From Nibricoccus sp. (lineage in GTDB: Bacteria; Verrucomicrobiota; Verrucomicrobiia; Opitutales; Opitutaceae): a stretch of 64,000 nucleotides of DNA. A model generated the notes under the pieces. It searched no databases. It was not told the origin of the DNA and saw nothing but the letters and a program-made list of their open reading frames with translations. The position numbers were made by a program, and so were the translations under genes. The DNA is taken from assembly GCA_047602425.1 (NCBI GenBank), contig JASGHG010000001.1, positions 3,168,001 through 3,232,000 of the forward strand. The letters run 5' to 3'. Shown piece by piece: positions 1 through 9,146 of the stretch. Position 1 is the first letter of the stretch. The number at the start of each line of letters is the position of its first letter.

Positions 1-718
1 CAAGAGCGGCCTGGGCTTGGGCACGAGTCACGTGGGGCTGAAGACGAACCTGTGTATGCAGCCAACGATCGTACCGCGCATCCAACGACCCGAAGTTTGC
101 GACTTGTTTATGCATGCTGACCGGCGCCCAAAAATCACATTTCAGTCCGCTCATCGTTCCGTAAAACACGGCGGGTGTGACGCCGATTACGGTGAAGGGC
201 TGGCGGTTGATTTCGACGGTGCGACCGACGATCGCTGGATCGGCCGAGAACTCGCGCCGCCAGCAGGTCTCGCTGATGACGAGCACGGGGTTTCCTCCAG
301 GTTGTTTGTCTTCGTCGGGCAGGAAGGTGCGGCCGAGAATTGGGAGGACGCCGAGCACGTCGAAGAAATTGGCGGTGGCGATTTGACCGTAAATCCACGC
401 GCGCCGTTCACCGACCTTCAAATAAGCAGGCGTCACTTGTGAAGCGATGACACCGGCGAAAACTTCCTTTTGTGTTTCGAAGTCGCGAATGTCGGGCAGC
501 GAGCACGTGTGCCAGGTGTTGGTGCCATGGACAGGCGTGACGACAAAAATGCGATCCTGATTCGTGACGCCCGGCAACGGATTCAACCAGACGCTCTGCA
601 GCCAGCAAAAGGTGGTGGTTGCGCCACCGATGCCAAGGGCGAGGGTCAAAACCACGGCGGCCGTGAACCCAGGCTTTTTGACTAGCTGGCGAAAAGCGAA
701 TTTTAAATCGGCGATCAT
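1..718 (-). CDS. ABC transporter permease, MacB/FtsX duplicated (ADOP-type); 3' end runs off the window
   Basis: Manual translation from ATG at 718: MIADLKFAFRQLVKKPGFTAAVVLTLALGIGGATT..., the same N-terminus as the five adjacent paralogs. Not in the ORF track, presumably because its stop lies outside the window. Confidence 0.88.
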   Translation of the reverse strand, partial: MIADLKFAFRQLVKKPGFTAAVVLTLALGIGGATTTFCWLQSVWLNPLPGVTNQDRIFVVTPVHGTNTWHTCSLPDIRDFETQKEVFAGVIASQVTPAYLKVGERRAWIYGQIATANFFDVLGVLPILGRTFLPDEDKQPGGNPVLVISETCWRREFSADPAIVGRTVEINRQPFTVIGVTPAVFYGTMSGLKCDFWAPVSMHKQVANFGSLDARYDRWLHTQVRLQPHVTRAQAQAAL

Positions 719-737
719 GGCAGTTTGAAACGTTAGT

Positions 738-3206
738 TTATTCGGCACGAAGAGCCTCGATGGGGTTGATGCGGATGGCCCGGCGCGCGGGCAGCCAGCA
801 GGCGAGGGCGGCGGCGGAAAAGAGCAACAACGCCACACCGCCAAAAATGACGATTTCGAATTTTCCTGCGCCATAGAGCAGGTCGGAAAGCAGATGAGCG
901 ATAGCTGCTGAACAAGCCAGGCCCACGATCACGCCAGACAGGGTGAGCATGAGGCTTTCCCTGGTGACAGCGCGAATGACCTGCATGCGCGACGCGCCGA
1001 GCGCCATGCGGACACCGATTTCCCGCGTGCGTTTTGTCACGGAAAACGCGATCAGACCAAAAATGCCCGCACCGGCCAGCAGGAGTGCGATGAGGCCTTG
1101 CGAGCTAGCCAGAATGGCGCCGAGGCGATACGGCATCAGGCCGGCCGGACTTTCGTTAATGCGCTGCCGGAGTGTTTTCACATCGTAGAGCGGCAGTGCG
1201 GGATCGATTTGGTGAATGGCCTTGGTTAGGGCGTCAGCCACGGATGCGGCGGACTCGCCCGATCGCACCACCAAGCTGACATTGCCTTGGTAGTTTTGCG
1301 CAAGAAGATCGATCACGAGCGGACGCGAATCGTCGGCCAGGTTGTAGTAGCGGGATTTGGCAAGGACGCCAATGACCTCGACTCCGTGGTCGCCTTGGAT
1401 GGAAATCTTCCGACTGATCGGATCTTTATCGCCAAAAAGCCGCCGGCTCAGCGCCTGGTTGATCAATACGACCCGTTGCGATCCGCGCTGATCGCGAGAA
1501 TCGAAGGATCGGCCTTTTTCCACCGGAAGAGAAATTGTCGAGGGATAACTATTTTCCGCGACGACATAGGAGACCATTGCTCGCTCGTTGGCGGAGGAAG
1601 AAGGTTCCCCTTCTGCGGTGACATTTCCGATCTGGTTTATACGCACATCCACGGGCGTCCCGGTGGTAATGCTGGCGGCTTCCACGCCGGGTAGTGCGCG
1701 TACTTTTTCGAGTAAAAGCTCGTGGAACCGCCGGCCCTGCTCTGAGGAATAATTTTGCAGATTCAGATCGTAGTTGGCCACGACCAGATTGTCGGTGCGA
1801 AACCCAGTCGGGATTTTTGTCAGCAGCACAAGGCTTCGCAACGCCAGGGATGCGCAGATCAAAACCACACAGGACAGGGCCACTTGTCCCACCACCAATA
1901 AGCGTCTCAGCGGATGCCGTTGGAGAGCTGAGGTATTTGACGTCTCCTTGAGAAAAACCAGAGGTGCCATGCCGCTGGCTTTTAGCGCCGGCAATAAACC
2001 GGCGACAAAGCCGACTAGCAACGCCGTGAGTCCGCACACGACAAAAGGCCTCCAATCCACGGCGATTTCAGCCGGTGGCGCCCCATTGCTGGGGGCGAAA
2101 GCGTCGAATAGCGGCGCAAGCCAAAGCGAGGTAACCAAACCGATAAAACCAGCCGCAAGGGCCAAGAGCGTGGACTCTGCGAGCAAGCCGCGCACAATTC
2201 GGAAACGGCTTGCGCCCAATGCGGCGCGAATAGCGAGTTCGCGTTCTCGGCTTGCAGCGCGGGCGTAGAGGAGCCCGGCGACGTTGGCGACGGCCACGGC
2301 GAGCACCAGCAAGGCCAGAATGTTAAGTGCCAGTACGATCTTTGGCGCATGATGGGCGACGTACGGCGAGGGTCGACTGTTGCTCTCCTTCATGACCACG
2401 GCACGCGCAGCAGGCGGATAGTAGCCTGGATTTGCCTCGACCATGCGTGAAAAAGCCAGTTCCGCCGCCGCTTGGGCTTGCTTGAGATCGACGCCGGGTC
2501 GTAGTCGACCCATTAGAAAGGTACAAGTGTTGCCTCGATTGAGCATGCCGCCGTGCACGAGCTTTGTAATCGTGGTCACGGGCACGAAACCGCTCAGGGA
2601 GGTTCCCCATAACGCGCCGAAAAAGCCGCGCGGAGCCACCCCGATGACGGTGAATGGAATTCCATTGAGCTTTACGGACTGTCCCACGACCGAATCGTCC
2701 TCGTGGAAGCGGGTGCGCCAGTAGTCATAAGTCAGAACGATGACCGGCTCGCTGCCGGGCGTGGTGGCCTCGCTCGGTAGAAAGAAACGGCCCCGGTGGG
2801 GCTGCACTCCAAGGAGTGAAAAATAATTGTCGCTGCCGAAATGAATCCAGCTGCGCTCGGCCTGGCGTCCGTTGATGGCGAAACTCACCACCTCTTCCCT
2901 GAACGCCATCACGTCGACAAAAGCGCGCCCCAGATCCGGAGAGGTGGCTGAGCCCAGCATGCTTCGGAAGTCCTGGGCGTCCGGATATGAAAGTGGGACC
3001 TGATAGTCGAAGGCGGAGGATCTTTTGGCGATAATGACAAGTTCATCCGGATCTTTGGCTGGCAGAGGCCGGAAGAACAGGTCGTTGGTGATCGAGAAAA
3101 ACACCGCATTCACCGCTAGTCCGAGGGCGAGGGTGAACACCGCAACGGCGGAAAACCCTGGGGCCTTGGCGAGTTGGCGAAACGCAAACTTTAAGTCGGA
3201 AAACAT
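738..3206 (-). CDS. ABC transporter permease, ADOP-type (two MacB periplasmic + FtsX units), 822 aa
   Basis: MFSDLKFAFRQLAKAPGF start; RERELAIRAALGASR and RTREIGVRMALGA FtsX motifs; C-terminus INPIEALRAE. Confidence 0.92.
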   Translation of the reverse strand: MFSDLKFAFRQLAKAPGFSAVAVFTLALGLAVNAVFFSITNDLFFRPLPAKDPDELVIIAKRSSAFDYQVPLSYPDAQDFRSMLGSATSPDLGRAFVDVMAFREEVVSFAINGRQAERSWIHFGSDNYFSLLGVQPHRGRFFLPSEATTPGSEPVIVLTYDYWRTRFHEDDSVVGQSVKLNGIPFTVIGVAPRGFFGALWGTSLSGFVPVTTITKLVHGGMLNRGNTCTFLMGRLRPGVDLKQAQAAAELAFSRMVEANPGYYPPAARAVVMKESNSRPSPYVAHHAPKIVLALNILALLVLAVAVANVAGLLYARAASRERELAIRAALGASRFRIVRGLLAESTLLALAAGFIGLVTSLWLAPLFDAFAPSNGAPPAEIAVDWRPFVVCGLTALLVGFVAGLLPALKASGMAPLVFLKETSNTSALQRHPLRRLLVVGQVALSCVVLICASLALRSLVLLTKIPTGFRTDNLVVANYDLNLQNYSSEQGRRFHELLLEKVRALPGVEAASITTGTPVDVRINQIGNVTAEGEPSSSANERAMVSYVVAENSYPSTISLPVEKGRSFDSRDQRGSQRVVLINQALSRRLFGDKDPISRKISIQGDHGVEVIGVLAKSRYYNLADDSRPLVIDLLAQNYQGNVSLVVRSGESAASVADALTKAIHQIDPALPLYDVKTLRQRINESPAGLMPYRLGAILASSQGLIALLLAGAGIFGLIAFSVTKRTREIGVRMALGASRMQVIRAVTRESLMLTLSGVIVGLACSAAIAHLLSDLLYGAGKFEIVIFGGVALLLFSAAALACWLPARRAIRINPIEALRAE

Positions 3207-3233
3207 CGGGGTAAGATGGAGGTTTAAGTTGGT

Positions 3234-4214
3234 TTAGTTTTTCCGAAGATTGATGCTGCCGCCACTGGTGCGGAGGTGAACGAGGGGGCCGCCGTTGTTG
3301 ACCGTGCCCTTTACCCGGCTGCGTCCAATGTTTCCCTGCACCGTGACGGGCAGATCGCAATGCACGCCGCCGCCCGAAGTCTCGGCGTCGAGGGTGAAGG
3401 CCGCAGTAGCCGCGGTGGTAACGGAAATGCTGCCGCCGGAAGTTCCCAGTTTGACGTCGCCTGGGATTTGATCCGGAAGGAGAGCGTGGACGGAACCGCC
3501 CGAAGTGCCGCCGTGGATGGAGCCTTGGATATTTTCAACGGTTATGCTTCCGCCGCTGGTTCCAATGTGGATGGGGCCGTTGAAGGTTTTTACCGCTATC
3601 CCTCCTCCGGAGGTTCCGGCGTTCAACGAACCGCCACCTCCCGTGACGTGGATTCCACCGCCGCTGGTGCCGATGTGCAGTTCGCCCTCGCAATCCTGGA
3701 GATTGATGCTGCCGCCCGAGGTGTTGCCGTCGAGCGGACCTTTGACGCGAGTGAACTTGAGCGAGCCGCCGCTGGTGTTGGCCTTGACCGAACCATTCAC
3801 ACCGGTAACGGAAATCGAGCCGCCGGCCGTCTTGAGATTGACGATAGATTCGGCGGGAAGGGCGATGGTGTAGCGGGCTTCATTGCGATTGCGCCAACTG
3901 CTGAACCAAGACCAGGAAAAGTTTGTTTTGCCTCGGGCGCGGATGGTCAGGGTATTGCCGTCCTGGATGAACTCGACCGGATTTTCCTTGAGATAACTTT
4001 CTTCATCGGAGGCATTCCAGCGCGTGACTTTGCGCCAGACGTCGACGGTGGCTTCGGTGCGACCGGGGCCGGCGACAACTTCAATCGAGCCAAAATTGAC
4101 TTCCAGCACGAGCGTGCCACCTGGCAACGCGCCAAAAGATTTGTTGATTTTCTCCTCAGTGGCCGCGGTGGCCAGGCAAGCGGAGAGGGCCAGGAGTGCG
4201 AGATATGTTTTCAT
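3234..4214 (-). CDS. DUF4097-family beta-strand repeat secreted protein, 326 aa
   Basis: Signal peptide; repeated (T/S)SGGS(I/V) units at about 22-aa spacing; ends LRTSGGSINLRK. Confidence 0.85.
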   Translation of the reverse strand: MKTYLALLALSACLATAATEEKINKSFGALPGGTLVLEVNFGSIEVVAGPGRTEATVDVWRKVTRWNASDEESYLKENPVEFIQDGNTLTIRARGKTNFSWSWFSSWRNRNEARYTIALPAESIVNLKTAGGSISVTGVNGSVKANTSGGSLKFTRVKGPLDGNTSGGSINLQDCEGELHIGTSGGGIHVTGGGGSLNAGTSGGGIAVKTFNGPIHIGTSGGSITVENIQGSIHGGTSGGSVHALLPDQIPGDVKLGTSGGSISVTTAATAAFTLDAETSGGGVHCDLPVTVQGNIGRSRVKGTVNNGGPLVHLRTSGGSINLRKN

Positions 4215-4255
4215 TAGGATAGTAATTGTAGTTTTAAAGATGGCAAAAGGTTGGG

Positions 4256-6646
4256 TTACTCCGCCCGCAGGGCCTCGATTGGATCAACCTTCGTGGCGCG
4301 GCGGGCGGGCGCAAGGCAGGCGACGATGGCCACAGCAATCAAGAGGGCGGGGACGCTTAAAAACGTGAGGGCGTCGTATGGCCTTACGTCGTAGAGGAGG
4401 GTGGAAACAGGCCGGGCGACGAGTGTTGCGATCGCAAGTCCGACGGCGGCGCCGATACCAGCCAGTTTCAGACCTTGACGAAGGACTTGCCACAAAACGT
4501 CGCTTGCCTGTGCGCCGAGAGCGATTCGTATGCCGAGTTCACGGGTACGTTGCGCGACGGAGTAGGCAGTGACACCGTAGATCCCGATGCTGGCAAGCAG
4601 GAGCGCGATGAGCGCAAAAATTCCCAGCATCGTGAGCACAATTTTGCGGCCCCGCAGAGAGTCAGTCACCGATTGTGAGAGTGTTTGCAGTCCGTCGATG
4701 GGCTGTTCGGGATCGACGGACTGGACAGCCCGGCGAATTTCGTCGGAGAGCGTGAGCGGTGGCACCTGTGCCCGAACGACGTAAGTGGTGGCCCAAGGGA
4801 AATGCACCTCCGGAAAATAGACCTGTGGCTGGGGTGGTATATCCAGTTGATAACGGCGGGTGTCGGCCACGATGCCGATGACTTCCCATACTTCATTCCT
4901 AAAATGCAGAAGTCGGCCAATAGGGTTTTCATCGGCGAAGAGCAGGCGGGCGAGGGCGTTGTTGATGATGATGGTTCGCGAAGCTTTTTCTGAATGGTCA
5001 GCCTCGGTGAAGAACCGGCCGCGCAGCAGGGGAATGCCGACGGCTTGGAAAAAATCGCCGTTAACACCATCAAAACCTGCGGTGAGATTATTACGTGTTT
5101 CAGGCCGATCTTCGCGGCTCACAAAATCACCCATGTACATTGTGCCATTCATCGGCGTGGTGGAGGCTTCGCCGACTTTTAATACGCCGGGAATCTGCGC
5201 GAGCCGGTCCAGGATTTCACGGGTGAAGCGTACCCGGTGGTCGTTGGTTGGAGCTTTTGTGCCGGGCTGGCTCAGCGAGAAGAGAACAACGTTGTCGCTG
5301 TTGAATCCGGTGTCGGCGTTTAACGCTTTCTGAAGGCTGCGCACGAGCAAGCCGACGACAATCAGGAGCACGATGGTGAGGGCGATCTCTGAGATGATGA
5401 ATGCTGATTGGAGTCGCCGAGCCGAACCCCCGGTGGAACCGCGGGTACCTTCCTTGAGAGACGTCTGAAGATCGGGCCGTGAGGCGCTGAGCGAGGGAAG
5501 GAGTCCGAACAGCAGGCAGGTTACCAAGGTCGCACCGACGGTGAAAATGAGCACGCGATGATCAATGCTGACGGTGAGTCCGGGGATGCTGTTGATACCG
5601 CCGAACTCCCCCATCGGCGTGATCGTCAGAGCTGCCAGCCACACACCGACGATACCGCCGGCCGTCGCGAGCAGCAGGCTTTCCACGAGCAATTGACGAA
5701 CTATGCGCCAGCGACTCGCACCTAGGGACAAACGAATGGCGATCTCGCCCTGGCGACTAGTTCCTCTGGCGAGGAGAAGGTTGGCAACGTTTGCGCAAGC
5801 GATCAGCAGGATCAGGGCGGCTGCTGCAAAAAGCATGATGTTGACCGGTTGCGAGTCGCCGAAGAGTGCTATTTGCAATGGGCGAACACTGACACCCCAG
5901 AGCTGTTTAAATGTGGGATACGATGGGTTGAGGGCTTGTTTGGCCGCGTTGAGCTCCGCCTCCGCCTGTGTGGCGGTGGCGCCTGGTTTTAAACGGCCAA
6001 TGACCCCGCAGTTGTAGCCATTGTCGCGACCCTGTTTCCACGCATCGACTCGGATCGCCGCAGGAATTAATAATTCTGCATTTGTAGCGAAAAGTGCATT
6101 CGCGGGCAAAATGCCGATCACAGTATAATTTTCCGCATCAATGCGGATGGCTTTCCCGAGGATGTCAGGATCGCCATGGAACCGTGTTTGCCAGAGATGG
6201 TGCGAGAGAATCGTGACATGGCGGTTGCCGCCGGGCGCATCCTCGGCCGGCGTGAAGTTGCGGCCAAGTTGCAGAGAAACCCCGAGCACATTTAGGTATT
6301 GGGCACTCACCTCAAGACTGGGCAGGCGAACGGGTTCTCCTGCGCCGGTGAGATTTTTCATGGGCGCGGCAAAGGCAGCGATTGATTCGAGCTGGGTCGA
6401 GTGGTCCTCCCAATCCATGAATACGCCGCCGCAAGAAAGGCCCTCTCCGCCGGTGTTGATTTTTTCGTCGATTTGGACGATGCGATCTGGTTCGTTATAA
6501 GGCAATGGCTTCAGGTAGAGCGCGCTGATTCCGCTGAAGATCGTGGTATTGGCGCCGATGCCGAGGGCCAGGGTGAGCACCACGGTAATAGTGAACCCGG
6601 GAGATTTGGTCAGCTGGCGGACGGCGAAACGAAGGTCTGTGAGCAT
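4256..6646 (-). CDS. ABC transporter permease, ADOP-type, 796 aa
   Basis: MLTDLRFAVRQLTKSPGF; LLIACANVANLLLAR; QRTRELGIRIALGA; VDPIEALRAE. Confidence 0.92.
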   Translation of the reverse strand: MLTDLRFAVRQLTKSPGFTITVVLTLALGIGANTTIFSGISALYLKPLPYNEPDRIVQIDEKINTGGEGLSCGGVFMDWEDHSTQLESIAAFAAPMKNLTGAGEPVRLPSLEVSAQYLNVLGVSLQLGRNFTPAEDAPGGNRHVTILSHHLWQTRFHGDPDILGKAIRIDAENYTVIGILPANALFATNAELLIPAAIRVDAWKQGRDNGYNCGVIGRLKPGATATQAEAELNAAKQALNPSYPTFKQLWGVSVRPLQIALFGDSQPVNIMLFAAAALILLIACANVANLLLARGTSRQGEIAIRLSLGASRWRIVRQLLVESLLLATAGGIVGVWLAALTITPMGEFGGINSIPGLTVSIDHRVLIFTVGATLVTCLLFGLLPSLSASRPDLQTSLKEGTRGSTGGSARRLQSAFIISEIALTIVLLIVVGLLVRSLQKALNADTGFNSDNVVLFSLSQPGTKAPTNDHRVRFTREILDRLAQIPGVLKVGEASTTPMNGTMYMGDFVSREDRPETRNNLTAGFDGVNGDFFQAVGIPLLRGRFFTEADHSEKASRTIIINNALARLLFADENPIGRLLHFRNEVWEVIGIVADTRRYQLDIPPQPQVYFPEVHFPWATTYVVRAQVPPLTLSDEIRRAVQSVDPEQPIDGLQTLSQSVTDSLRGRKIVLTMLGIFALIALLLASIGIYGVTAYSVAQRTRELGIRIALGAQASDVLWQVLRQGLKLAGIGAAVGLAIATLVARPVSTLLYDVRPYDALTFLSVPALLIAVAIVACLAPARRATKVDPIEALRAE

Positions 6647-6662
6647 GGGATAATATGATTTA

Positions 6663-9071
6663 CTATTCGGTCCTCAGCGCTTCGATCGGATTGACCCGCA
6701 TGGCGCGGAGGGCAGGCAGCCAGCAGGCGACCGCAAAGACGACTGCGAGGACGGCCGCTCCGGCGAAGAAATATAGCGGATTCAGCAGGCCGACGTCGGA
6801 AAAGGCCTTGCGCAGAAGCATTCCCACGGCGAGGGAAAGAAGAAGACCCACGGTGAAGCCTCCGACCACCCAAGGTGTTGTCTGGCGCAGGACGAGTGCG
6901 ACGATGTCGCGATCCACCGCGCCGAGCGCCGCTCGCACACCGATTTCACGCGTGCGTTGTTGCGTTTGAAAAGCCAGCGTACCGTAAATTCCGATCGCCG
7001 CCATAACCAATGTGGCCACCATAAAAAATCCCAGGATCGAGAGAATGCTTTTGAAGGGGGTGCCCGCTCGTTCGACCAATTCGGACATTGTTTGCGGCTC
7101 AAGGAGGGCAAGATCGGAATCGACGAGTGCCAATTCGCGGCGGATCATTGGTACCATCTGATGTGCATCGAAAGCCGAACGAACGACGAGATGCTCGACG
7201 TTACGTGTATCGAAACCGTACGGAAAGTAGACTTCGCACAGGGCGGGGCGGCTGATCTGCCATTGACGCACATCTTCCACGACACCGACGACGGTGGCGG
7301 TGAACCACGGTGTGGGAGAATCGCCGCGAATACGTTGTCCAATCGGATCTTTGCCCGGCCAATAGGTGTTGGCGAGGGTTCGGTTGATCACCACACCCAG
7401 CGATTCCCGCATCGCATCGGTGGCCATGTCGAAGGTGCGACCTTGCAAGAGGGCAATTCCCATCGCTTGGAAATAACCGGGGGAAACATTTGAAGTCTCC
7501 ACAATGGGCCGGCGGATTTTTGGATCGAAGGTTTCTCCATCGACGAGAATGCTGGAATTGTAGCCGCCATGCAGCGGAAGTTTGGTCGTCATTCCGACCG
7601 CGGTAACACTTGGAAGGGTTTTGATCCGCTCGATGAGTCGATTCCAGAGGGCGACACGCTTTTCAGGGTCTTGATATCGGGAAGGATTCAAGATGATGCC
7701 GGCCGTCAGCACGGATTCCGAGGAGAGTTCATGGTTCGCCACGATGGCCGAACGGTAACTCACCAGAAGCAGCAAGGTGGTATTGGCAAGGAGCAGGGCC
7801 ACCGCAATCTGTGACGACACGAGATGCTGAAGGAAACGATGGCGCAGGCGCGACGTCGTTTGGGCAAGTCCACCCTGTTTTATTGTATCCACAACTTGGG
7901 TGCGAGCGGCAGTGAACGCCGGAGGCAAACCAGCGACCAGCGACGTCACCAGCGCGAGCAGCATCGAAAAACCGAGCACGGTCGGATCGACTTGGATGGC
8001 CGCCGCGTGCGTGGTTTCTGGGGGAAACAGGACGGTGAGCAAACTGCAGAAATTCCATGCGAGGCCTACGCCGACTACGCTGCCCAACAGGGCATACACG
8101 AGGCTCTCCGTAAGTGCCAGGCGGACGAGTTGCACGCGAGTCGCACCCAAGGCCAGCCGTACTGCATATTCGACCTGCCGACCGGCGCCGCGGGCCAGAA
8201 ACATGATGGCGACATTGGCAGAAGCAACGATCAGGACCAAAACGACCGCTGTGATGACAAACGAGTAGAAGATCATCGAACGTGCGGCGAGTTCAACCCG
8301 TAGAGGACGGCCGAAGAACCACTTCTTGTAGTTGGTATCAGGATGCTGGGCGCCCAGACGGTCCGAAATAACCTTCATCTCCGCATTGGCCTCCTCAAGT
8401 GCCACGCCCGATTTGAGCCGGCCGACGGCAAGATACATATGATCGCCGCGGGAGCCGGAATGCTTCTTTAAAGGCGTCCAGAGATCGATCGGCGTACTCC
8501 CCGTCCAAGGGCAGTAAAATTCAAAGGCCGCGGGCATCACCCCGGCGACGGTGTAGTTTTCGGCGTTGAGACGAATGCTGCGACCGACAATGGCGGGATC
8601 GCCGCCGAAATTTTTAATCCAACAGGCGTGGCTGAGCACGGCGATGGATGGTTTTCCTGGTTCGTCATCTTCTTCGGCGAACCAGCGTCCGAGCGCCGGT
8701 TGCATTCCGAGCGCACGCAAAACACCTGGAGTGCAATTGACACCTTGCAAGACTTGGGAGTGTTCGCCGCCCAAGTTAAACCGGTTGGGCATATACAACC
8801 CGATTTCCGCGAAGGAAGTGGACTGTGCGCGCACATCGAGGAAGTCCGGAAGAGCCCAAGGATTCGATTCGAGTTGCGTTGAGTTGGTTCGCCAAAGCTG
8901 TACGACGCGATCCACTTCCGGATAGGGGAACAGGGACATGACCTGGGCCTTGAACACGCTGAAGAAGGCGGTATTCGCGCCTATGCCGAGCGCGAGCAGG
9001 ATGATGGCGACGGCGGAAAATCCCGGCGATTTGGTGATCTGACGCAGAGCGAAACGTAGGTCAGAAAGCAT
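6663..9071 (-). CDS. ABC transporter permease, ADOP-type, 802 aa
   Basis: MLSDLRFALRQITKSPGF; QRTREIGVRAALGA; VNPIEALRTE. Confidence 0.92.
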   Translation of the reverse strand: MLSDLRFALRQITKSPGFSAVAIILLALGIGANTAFFSVFKAQVMSLFPYPEVDRVVQLWRTNSTQLESNPWALPDFLDVRAQSTSFAEIGLYMPNRFNLGGEHSQVLQGVNCTPGVLRALGMQPALGRWFAEEDDEPGKPSIAVLSHACWIKNFGGDPAIVGRSIRLNAENYTVAGVMPAAFEFYCPWTGSTPIDLWTPLKKHSGSRGDHMYLAVGRLKSGVALEEANAEMKVISDRLGAQHPDTNYKKWFFGRPLRVELAARSMIFYSFVITAVVLVLIVASANVAIMFLARGAGRQVEYAVRLALGATRVQLVRLALTESLVYALLGSVVGVGLAWNFCSLLTVLFPPETTHAAAIQVDPTVLGFSMLLALVTSLVAGLPPAFTAARTQVVDTIKQGGLAQTTSRLRHRFLQHLVSSQIAVALLLANTTLLLLVSYRSAIVANHELSSESVLTAGIILNPSRYQDPEKRVALWNRLIERIKTLPSVTAVGMTTKLPLHGGYNSSILVDGETFDPKIRRPIVETSNVSPGYFQAMGIALLQGRTFDMATDAMRESLGVVINRTLANTYWPGKDPIGQRIRGDSPTPWFTATVVGVVEDVRQWQISRPALCEVYFPYGFDTRNVEHLVVRSAFDAHQMVPMIRRELALVDSDLALLEPQTMSELVERAGTPFKSILSILGFFMVATLVMAAIGIYGTLAFQTQQRTREIGVRAALGAVDRDIVALVLRQTTPWVVGGFTVGLLLSLAVGMLLRKAFSDVGLLNPLYFFAGAAVLAVVFAVACWLPALRAMRVNPIEALRTE

Positions 9072-9146
9072 TTGAGGTAAGTTAGAAGTTTAAATGGAGG
9101 CGGAATTGAGGCTGTGGTCTCGAAGGATGTCTGGATTTTGAAGAGG

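Noticed and set aside
3276..4217. 313-aa plus-strand ORF and similar long antisense ORFs (e.g. 13168-14106, 25657-26598, 56622-57650, 58356-59516, 59772-60803, 62977-63924)
   Set aside because: Shadow frames of well-supported genes on the opposite strand, expected in GC-rich DNA with strong codon bias; no recognisable motifs
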